Shown here piece by piece: positions 39,757 to 47,115 of a DNA stretch of 64,000 nucleotides. Location of the stretch: the IMG/VR virus record IMGVR_UViG_3300028392_000029, positions 62,001 to 126,000 of that record; one strand, written 5' to 3'. The number at the start of each line of letters is the position of its first letter. The first letter of the stretch is position 1. The translations under genes were made by a program, and so were the position numbers. Below the pieces are notes generated by a model. It was not told the DNA's origin, made no database searches, and saw nothing but the letters and a program-made list of their open reading frames with translations.

Positions 39757-40907
39757 TTTAGCTGTGCCTTTAATGCACGTTGTCCAGTTTTAGGATCTTG
39801 CATCCAACCAGTGCCAATATCTTTCCATTGCGCAATTGGACTAGCATTTGGTGCTAGCTTAAATCCACTTAGTAATTCAGGTTGCCCGCTGGCAGGGCCC
39901 GGTTTTGTAGCACTAGGTGTAGCTCCTTGTCCTTGATTAGCTTTAGATGTATCTGCCGGTGTATCATCAGTTTTATCGCCAGTAGTTTTATCAGCCGCAG
40001 GTTTGTCTCCAGTTGGACCTTGCTTAACACTCTTCATAAAATCAGGAGTTAGTGCATCTAATACTTGTACACCCTTAGCACCAATAAAATCTTGAATACC
40101 AAAGAATGATCCTGCCATAGTTTCTGCAATTCCTTTAGCTACATCGCTGTTGTTGAACATAGATAGAGCAACTGTGCCAACTACTTTATTACCTAAACCT
40201 GATACAGCACCGCCTAATTTTTCAGCACCTAACTTGGTAAGGAATCCGCCAAATATTTTTCCAGGGATTTTAGCAATTTTACCTACAGCAAAGTTTGCCA
40301 CCTCTCGACCAATTAGAATCTGCATTTCACGCTGACGATAAGCATTGTACCACTCACCGACATCTGTAAACTGCTCATATCCTGGCGGAATCTTTCCAGA
40401 CTTGACCCATTCTTCAGCATCCGTCATATGATTGTAGTACTCAAGGGCAGGTTGCCATAATTCATAAAGGTATGCGGCATCAAATCCAAGGCTAGCTAAT
40501 TTCTTACCACCTTCTTTGACCATCTCTAATTTACCCATACCAACAATTTTATCCAGGCCAAGCGTTCTGAGTCCACTGTCTGTTTTAGCTTGAGCCAGGA
40601 TCTTTGCATCAAGATCCGGTCTATGTCCTAACTGTTTAGCTGCCTCAGCAGGTGTAACTCCAGTTCTGCGAGCATAGCTGTTTACCTTTGCGGCATCAAT
40701 GGCCGCTTTTTCTTCAGCGGCTTTGGCAATAGTTATATTTCTAGATTTAGCAAAGTCAGCTAATTCTTGAGCACCTTGTTTAATCAAAGGTGTATCTCCT
40801 TTAAGTGCCTTAGCGGCCTTAAAACCAAGACTTCCTATACCACCTAATATATCAGCGGCTAGACCTTCTTGTGTTTGTTGTTCAGAGATTATTTCATAGA
40901 TTTTCAT
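39753..40907 (-). CDS. Hypothetical late protein, possible internal head protein
   Basis: 384 aa; N-terminus MKIYEIISEQ; TAAATA box at 40925-40930. Confidence 0.6.
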   Translation of the reverse strand: MKIYEIISEQQTQEGLAADILGGIGSLGFKAAKALKGDTPLIKQGAQELADFAKSRNITIAKAAEEKAAIDAAKVNSYARRTGVTPAEAAKQLGHRPDLDAKILAQAKTDSGLRTLGLDKIVGMGKLEMVKEGGKKLASLGFDAAYLYELWQPALEYYNHMTDAEEWVKSGKIPPGYEQFTDVGEWYNAYRQREMQILIGREVANFAVGKIAKIPGKIFGGFLTKLGAEKLGGAVSGLGNKVVGTVALSMFNNSDVAKGIAETMAGSFFGIQDFIGAKGVQVLDALTPDFMKSVKQGPTGDKPAADKTTGDKTDDTPADTSKANQGQGATPSATKPGPASGQPELLSGFKLAPNASPIAQWKDIGTGWMQDPKTGQRALKAQLN

Positions 40908-40934
40908 ATTAGGATCCTATCTGATATTTATCAC

Positions 40935-41415
40935 AGTTTAAAGTTGAACTACGTTCAACTGTGTTTATCGCTATCGCTCAAACACTGATTGTTTCTTTTA
41001 AGTAATTATAATATAACGCGAAGCGTTAAGATATTATCTAGATCGTTCAGTCACACTTTGCCCTAGCGGGCAAAGTTGTTTTTGGACATTATCTGAGTCG
41101 AACAATATCACTTAGCGTTAGCACTAAAACGTAGGCGGTCATCCTGTACCTACTCATGCTGTCTTTATATGACGGCGGCCTGCACACATACGCTAACACA
41201 TGTACAAACGTGGGGCTACTACCCCTCTTTTAACCTGGAAAATTCTTGCTGTTGATTAAACGGATTCTATAGGTATATTCCATCAACGTCCTGTAAAGGA
41301 TAGTAATCAACATCTCTGCTACCAAGCAGAACTACCCTGCCGTCACACATCAGAACGGATTCGGGGCACAATATCAGTCGCCTGTGCGGGCTTATTTGGC
41401 AGTTTTTTGCCTGGA
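40935..41415 (-). ncRNA. Unassigned highly structured non-coding element (large ncRNA or structured origin/primer region)
   Basis: Largest ORF-free gap in the window; more than ten stem-loops, several of which pair fully only on the minus strand through G-U wobbles. Confidence 0.55.
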
Positions 41416-41416
41416 T

Positions 41417-41848
41417 TTATTGAGCCTTGAGTATATGTGAACCATGTACACGCACTTGAATATGACCGTTATAATAGTCATTTGATTCTAGTACACGACG
41501 ACTAAATTGTTCACGAGCCTCTACGTATGAGCATTCTGCTTTGGATTTACAGTAAAAAAGTATTTCTCTTGTGAAGTTTGCTGTGCCTAATTCCGCAATA
41601 TCTTTGCTTAGTTCAGGCGACGATCCGTAATATTCACGCCAGTCTGAATCAATTTTACTGCGAATTTTCTTCTTTTTCTTTGTGCCGTTTTTAAGCGTTA
41701 CTGTTTTTGTGGTAGTTTTAGAGAATTTTGCTAATTTTTTGCCTATGTACTTACGTCCAGACAGTGTGTTAGTAATTAGATAAACATATCCTACACAATC
41801 TTCCGGTAACACTTCCACTAGTTGATTTTCATAAGTCCATGACATCAA
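41417..41848 (-). CDS. GIY-YIG endonuclease (T4 EndoII/DenA-like size)
   Basis: GYVYLITN...RKYIGKK, YYGSS, FTREIL, YVEAREQF, YYNGHI motifs; Lys-rich insertion TKTVTLKNGTKKKKKIRSK. Confidence 0.85.
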   Translation of the reverse strand: MMSWTYENQLVEVLPEDCVGYVYLITNTLSGRKYIGKKLAKFSKTTTKTVTLKNGTKKKKKIRSKIDSDWREYYGSSPELSKDIAELGTANFTREILFYCKSKAECSYVEAREQFSRRVLESNDYYNGHIQVRVHGSHILKAQ

Positions 41849-42115
41849 CTAGTTAGCGTTATCATCCCCTTGAGTCTTGCCTTTTTGAGCGGCCCGCCGA
41901 GCTTTACGTTCGTCTAACTGCTGTCTTTTTTCTATTTGCCAGAGCCTAATATCTTTACGTCTATCAGAACATACATTACGTATGTCCGATAGCAAATGCC
42001 TAACGCGAATACTGCTGGCATAGGTAGCTTCATTGAGCCACAGTTGATTCTCTTCGAAGTAAACTCGAAGTAATCGCATCAACTCTGCATGCAGATCTTC
42101 GTCTTGTTCTTTCAC
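41849..42115 (-). CDS. Hypothetical protein (88 aa, helical, basic)
   Basis: ORF overlaps the gp46 stop and abuts the nuclease start. Confidence 0.6.
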   Translation of the reverse strand: MKEQDEDLHAELMRLLRVYFEENQLWLNEATYASSIRVRHLLSDIRNVCSDRRKDIRLWQIEKRQQLDERKARRAAQKGKTQGDDNAN

Positions 42116-43893
42116 TCAGTTATTTCCAAATCATTGGCATAGCTAGTATAGCCATTTTCTTTGATAACTTTTAATACATTGTTCACACGTCCGATAAGTT
42201 CGTCCTTGTGAGAGATTAAGAAAATATTTTTCTTACGTTCACGAGCCATCTTTTTAAGCACTGCCAGTGCGCCCTCAACACCTGCGGCATCTAAGCCGTT
42301 GTCAATCAGTTCATCCACAAACAATAAGTTGATCTGCTGATATAGGCTTTCCCATACATCTCGGAAAGCCCACGACAAGCTCAATATAAGTCTATTGCGT
42401 TCACCTCGACTTAGATTATCAAAATCTAAGTCTTGCCCCAGCTGGGTGATCAGTACCGTAAGATCATTTTGGAATAGAACAGTATGGGGTAATCCCATCT
42501 TGTCTAGATAATAGGTCAAACGGTTGTTCAAATAGGCTAGGTTTTGATCTATGATCTTCTTGCGAATAAACGAATCTTTGCTGGTCAGCAGTTTAAGTAG
42601 GAACTCTTGATGCTCTTTTAAACTGTTAAGTTCGTTAACACCATCCCATACGATTTCTTGCATGGCAGTATTTTTTAATTCATCAATTTGTTCTTGGTAG
42701 GGATCACTTTCTCCGGCCTTAATCTCTAACTGTGTTTCTAGAGTCTTTAAATTATTCTGATGCTTTAGTGCTTCTTCTACAGTATCGTAATAGGTATCAG
42801 GACGTCCGGGCATCTCGCCGATAGCAGATAACTCTTTGTTAACCTTGGCAAGATCTTTTTCAACTTTATCGTGGTAGACGTTAGCTTCTGCTAGATGCTT
42901 AGTAGCATTGGCAGTCATTTCTTCATGCTTATGATCGTGAAGAGTCTGTTCACAGGCATGGCAAGTTTTGTTATCTAAGGTAGCAAGCTCGCTAGCGTAT
43001 TTTTTTACGCTTCGCTCCGCTTGCGCTATCGCGCTTTCTAACGTAGCCCGCTCTTTATTTAAACTAGCTAATTTTTGTTTCTGTTCTAAATATAACTTTA
43101 ATTCAGCATGGGCGGATATCTCCGCAGTGATGTCTACGTTTTCTAGTGCGATAATCGCACGACCGATCTTTTCTATTTCTTGATCATGTTGATTATTCCA
43201 AGCACTTTGTCGAACAATCAATGCATCAATACTTTTTTGTATGCCTTCATTGGCTTTCTTAGTTGCTTCTAGATTAGCACTTTCTTGTAAGATTGAATCT
43301 TTAGTCTGTTTAACTAGTTCTTTAAGAGTTTCTGCTTTTTCACTAAGCAGAGTAATGCCTAGTAACTGTTCAATAATAACTCGTTGGTCATTAGCTCGCA
43401 TACTGAGAAACGGCTCTGTATACGTATTAAGAGCAACAATATGCTTGAACATGTCGTGACTCATACCTAGCAGTTCATCTAAGTCTCGCTGGGTTTCACG
43501 CATATCTCCTTGTGAGTCGTCAGTTTCTTCGCCTTCTTGTTCTTGGTCATTAACAAAGAACTTCATTATAGAAGGTTTGCGTCCACGCTCAATACGATAG
43601 TCAGTCTCGTCTTTTTCGAAAGCTAGAGTAACTAACATGTTTCTATTGTTAATCTTATTAATAAGATTATCTTTTTTAATATTAGTAAGTGCATTACCAA
43701 ATAGTGCAAAACTCAGGGCATTAACAATAGTAGTCTTGCCCGTACCGTTACGACTTCCGTTATCGTCCCCACCTTGATCTAAGTTTTCACCTAGTACAAG
43801 TGTTAAATTTTCCGTGGCAAAGTTTACTGCTTGGGTTTGATTACCCACGCTCATAAAATTCTTAACTGTCAGTTCTTTAAGTTTAATGGTCAT
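42112..43893 (-). CDS. gp46: Recombination endonuclease ATPase subunit (gp46 / SbcC / Rad50-like)
   Basis: Walker A NGTGKT, zinc-hook CHAC within coiled coil, signature LSRGE, Walker B LLFVDE, ISH. Confidence 0.93.
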   Translation of the reverse strand: MTIKLKELTVKNFMSVGNQTQAVNFATENLTLVLGENLDQGGDDNGSRNGTGKTTIVNALSFALFGNALTNIKKDNLINKINNRNMLVTLAFEKDETDYRIERGRKPSIMKFFVNDQEQEGEETDDSQGDMRETQRDLDELLGMSHDMFKHIVALNTYTEPFLSMRANDQRVIIEQLLGITLLSEKAETLKELVKQTKDSILQESANLEATKKANEGIQKSIDALIVRQSAWNNQHDQEIEKIGRAIIALENVDITAEISAHAELKLYLEQKQKLASLNKERATLESAIAQAERSVKKYASELATLDNKTCHACEQTLHDHKHEEMTANATKHLAEANVYHDKVEKDLAKVNKELSAIGEMPGRPDTYYDTVEEALKHQNNLKTLETQLEIKAGESDPYQEQIDELKNTAMQEIVWDGVNELNSLKEHQEFLLKLLTSKDSFIRKKIIDQNLAYLNNRLTYYLDKMGLPHTVLFQNDLTVLITQLGQDLDFDNLSRGERNRLILSLSWAFRDVWESLYQQINLLFVDELIDNGLDAAGVEGALAVLKKMARERKKNIFLISHKDELIGRVNNVLKVIKENGYTSYANDLEITE

Positions 43894-44900
43894 AGGCTAT
43901 TGTAAATTGCTAAAAGTGTATTTTTGTTATACGTGTCGCTGTCAATATTAATAATTTGACTAGACACAATTTGATCTACACTCTCAAACGCTTGTATATC
44001 AATGTTTGTATTAATTTCTAATTCTTTCTTTTCAGCAATTAGTGTAAGTTCGCGGATATCATAATCTGCAATAAACTTCTCTTTAATAAAACTTGCTTCT
44101 TCAAAACTAATATCAATGTCTAAGGTAACACGTAGATGCTGTCTAGGTTTAATAATAGTATCAGCATCATCAATCAATTGACTTAGTTTAACAGTACGGA
44201 ATGTAGGTTGGCCAGGCCAACTATGATATTGGGGAGTGCCATCCCAGGCTAAGACCATCATACCACGCTCATCATCCCATGCATCTGCATAGTTATGTGG
44301 AAATGCATTTCCGATATAGATCATGTTTTTTTGTTGCTGACGCTTATGGAAATGTCCGCTAAATCCCAGCTCATATTTTTCAAAAGCATCAAGTTGTATT
44401 TCACCGTGATCAGGCATCTGTATCATAGCGTTCATAAAGAAGCTGGGCAATTCAAAGTGACCAAATATATACTTGCCACCTTTCTTGCCTACAGTCTTCC
44501 ACTCGTCCCCTACAAGCCACGGGCAGAGTGTAACGTCCCCAATGGTAGTCGGTTCGTGGACCACTGTAATACCTGGAATATATTTTCCAAACTCGACAGA
44601 GTGTATATCCCGCTTGTCTTTGTAATACAGATCATGATTACCAGGGAAAAAATAAAATTGATCGAACGCCTGACCCAGCTTTTCCAAGGCCCTAAGGCTA
44701 TAGTCCATAGTAGTGATATTAAGACTATTACGATTGTGATGCCAATCACCCATAAAAATTCCAACATCGCAACCTTCCTCCTTGGCTTTTGCAATGTACC
44801 AATCTACAAATTCTTCACAGTCTTGATTATGTACTGAGCTGTTGGATTTTAATCCAAAATGGATATCGGTAAAACATGCTACTTTTTTAAATAAGCTCAT
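43890..44900 (-). CDS. gp47: Recombination endonuclease nuclease subunit (gp47 / SbcD / Mre11-like)
   Basis: Metallophosphoesterase motifs DIHFG, GDWHH, GNHD, GHFH. Confidence 0.93.
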   Translation of the reverse strand: MSLFKKVACFTDIHFGLKSNSSVHNQDCEEFVDWYIAKAKEEGCDVGIFMGDWHHNRNSLNITTMDYSLRALEKLGQAFDQFYFFPGNHDLYYKDKRDIHSVEFGKYIPGITVVHEPTTIGDVTLCPWLVGDEWKTVGKKGGKYIFGHFELPSFFMNAMIQMPDHGEIQLDAFEKYELGFSGHFHKRQQQKNMIYIGNAFPHNYADAWDDERGMMVLAWDGTPQYHSWPGQPTFRTVKLSQLIDDADTIIKPRQHLRVTLDIDISFEEASFIKEKFIADYDIRELTLIAEKKELEINTNIDIQAFESVDQIVSSQIINIDSDTYNKNTLLAIYNSL

Positions 44901-45724
44901 TCACTGCTCTCATCAAATCTTTTTTGTGCGGCAGCATGATCGCTTGCCCCAGTTCTGCTGTAACTTGGATTCATTCCGTTCATTTCAAGAATATCATCAC
45001 GAATATTTTGATTGCGTTTTTCTATATTGATAACACGTACAAAACTATTGGTCACAGCCGCGGTAAAATATGCAAAAGGGTTATCTGATTTTGATTCATC
45101 GAATTGTAATCCTATTTGTGCTAGCTGTAGTATGGCCTGCCCCTTCATTTCGTCATTATATGTGTAGCCACGCACGTTGCCGCGAGTAGCATACCTCTCA
45201 CACAATTTTAACATCATTCTAGCTAAAGTTGGAGTGATTTGACCCGCATCTTTATCAAAGTGTCCGGTATCTAGTGGACCCTTCCAGTGGCTTTTGCCCA
45301 CGCATATAATTTCATCGTTGTCATTAAATTTCCAATGCTGGAACGGTGGAAAGTTTACTTTGTCTCTATGATCTGCTAGGCTTTTAGGGTTCTTTTTACG
45401 AATAGTGTTTAACGGAATATGATCAAATGTCATAATCCTGAATACAATATCTAGCTTGGCAATTTTTTTATAGTCTACTTCACAATCTGCTTGCTTGACT
45501 TTTTCACCAGCGGCTTTTCTTTGTGCATATTCTAAATCGCCAATACGTTTTGCTCTTACTCGTTTAGCTTCGGCAACAGTTCTAATATTGATTTTGTCCA
45601 CACTGGGCAAAATAAGGTCATATTGGTGAAATGCAGGGTCTGTAAAACTGCAATATGATGTTTTCGATCTATGTATCTCCAATAACATATCCTTGTTATT
45701 TAGGTAATTTACTTTTGCTGTCAT
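44897..45724 (-). CDS. gp55: Late-transcription sigma factor (gp55-like) with a long insertion
   Basis: NYLNNKDML; RGYTYNDEMKGQAI..FDESKSDNPFAYFT..NSFVRVINIEK; gp55-gp47-gp46 order as in T4. Confidence 0.8.
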   Translation of the reverse strand: MTAKVNYLNNKDMLLEIHRSKTSYCSFTDPAFHQYDLILPSVDKINIRTVAEAKRVRAKRIGDLEYAQRKAAGEKVKQADCEVDYKKIAKLDIVFRIMTFDHIPLNTIRKKNPKSLADHRDKVNFPPFQHWKFNDNDEIICVGKSHWKGPLDTGHFDKDAGQITPTLARMMLKLCERYATRGNVRGYTYNDEMKGQAILQLAQIGLQFDESKSDNPFAYFTAAVTNSFVRVINIEKRNQNIRDDILEMNGMNPSYSRTGASDHAAAQKRFDESSE

Positions 45725-45753
45725 TAAATTTGTTCTCCGGATCTGTTATTATA

Positions 45754-45783
45754 AACTACGCACTTAAAAAAGTCAACTAAATA
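45754..45783 (+). promoter_or_regulatory. Late promoter: AACTACGCAC-N14-TAAATA
   Basis: The same two boxes with identical spacing recur at 51428-51457. Confidence 0.55.
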
Positions 45784-45805
45784 TTATACCAAAAAGGAGT
45801 TTTAT

Positions 45806-46810
45806 ATGGGTTTTTTTGACGCTGGATCTAGCATAGTTTCAAATATTGGCGCGGCATCTAATCTGATCGGAGCCGCAAATCGTGCTGTAGGTACTGCTGG
45901 AAATTTAGCCTCAGCTCTTTCTTCTGGATACGGTGCCAAGGGTGTATTAGGTGCAATACGTAGCATGAATTTACCAGCGGCTGGTGAAGCAGTGGGTGAC
46001 ATCATGAGTGCTGTGGCCTCCTTTGGCGGCGATGCCAATGCTAATGATTGGCGTGTTAGGCTAAGTCTTGCTAACTGGTCTAGTTTTAAATCAAGTCCAG
46101 TATTAAAACCACTAAAAGATGCTGGCGGATTAATATTTCCGTATACACCTACTATCAATATATCGAGTGGCGCACAATACCAACCAATTAATACTATACA
46201 CAGTAATTATACATTCCAGGCATTTCAAAATAGTGATCCTGGAGAAATTAATATCAGTGCTCCGATGTTTGTTGAAGATCCTTCACAAGGCCTTTATTGG
46301 ATCGCCATGGTACATTACTTGCGTAGTCTAACTAAGATGTTTGCAGGCAATGATCCTAAAGCTGGAAATCCGCCGCCTGTTGTATTCCTAAACGGTTACG
46401 GTAACTATGTGTTTAAAAATGTTCCTGTTATAGTAAAAAGTATGAGTGTATCACTGACCAATGAGTGCGATTATATCGGAGTTGATGTAGTCGGTTCGGC
46501 AGCAGGCTCTATTGAAGGTGTCGCACAATCGGTAGGCGGACTTGCAGATACGCTGGGCGGAATCATTCCCGGACTCAGCGGTCTTTCAAGTACGGTAAGT
46601 AGTATAGCTGGCGGATTAGGACAAGTGGCAGCTCTTGCCGGAACATTTGGACTTGGCGGAACAACTAGTGGCGGCGTTGCCCATGTACCCACTAAGAGTA
46701 CATTTACAATAAAATTACAACCGATCTACAGTAGAAATAGTGCTAGAAACTTTAGCTTAGATAGATTTGTCACTGGCGGTTACTTAAACAACGGATTTGG
46801 CTATATTTAA
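45806..46810 (+). CDS. Baseplate tail-tube cap/initiator-like protein (gp48/gp54 type)
   Basis: GLIFPYTPTI, YLRSLTKMF, GNPPPVVFLNGYG..VFKNVPVIV motifs of tube-cap family proteins; first gene of the baseplate operon. Confidence 0.6.
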   Translation: MGFFDAGSSIVSNIGAASNLIGAANRAVGTAGNLASALSSGYGAKGVLGAIRSMNLPAAGEAVGDIMSAVASFGGDANANDWRVRLSLANWSSFKSSPVLKPLKDAGGLIFPYTPTINISSGAQYQPINTIHSNYTFQAFQNSDPGEINISAPMFVEDPSQGLYWIAMVHYLRSLTKMFAGNDPKAGNPPPVVFLNGYGNYVFKNVPVIVKSMSVSLTNECDYIGVDVVGSAAGSIEGVAQSVGGLADTLGGIIPGLSGLSSTVSSIAGGLGQVAALAGTFGLGGTTSGGVAHVPTKSTFTIKLQPIYSRNSARNFSLDRFVTGGYLNNGFGYI

Positions 46811-46811
46811 A

Positions 46812-47114
46812 ATGAAAACAAAATACACAAATACAAGCCCGTGGTATCATACTAAAATTAAACAAGATCATCTTGATGTTTTAAAAATACGACCAGTATC
46901 GGCAGAAGTAGATGATTTTCTTTATACCATTGAACCTCAATATACGTACAGACCTGATTTATTATCTGCTGACTTGTACGGTGAAGCTAACCTATGGTGG
47001 GTTTTCATACAACGTAATTTAGATGTACTACAAGATCCTATTTTAGATTTTGTTCCCGGGACTCAAATTTATATTCCAAAAAGCAGTAGCTTAAAACTTG
47101 TGTTAGGATTATAA
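46812..47114 (+). CDS. gp53: Baseplate wedge subunit, LysM-like (gp53-like)
   Basis: YTIEPQYTYRPDLLSADLYGEANLWWVF..N..LQDPI.DF..GTQIYIP; ATG at 46812 preferred over TTG at 46797. Confidence 0.7.
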   Translation: MKTKYTNTSPWYHTKIKQDHLDVLKIRPVSAEVDDFLYTIEPQYTYRPDLLSADLYGEANLWWVFIQRNLDVLQDPILDFVPGTQIYIPKSSSLKLVLGL

Positions 47115-47115
47115 T

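Noticed and set aside
41340-41365. CUGAUG in the structured element suggested a hammerhead ribozyme
   Set aside because: The core reads CUGAUGU rather than CUGAUGA, and no correctly placed GAAA/stem III was found
41417-41848. GIY-YIG as an intron-encoded or mobile homing endonuclease
   Set aside because: No interrupted host gene, no group I intron core recognised and no NUMOD/HTH DNA-binding tail; it resembles resident EndoII-type nucleases
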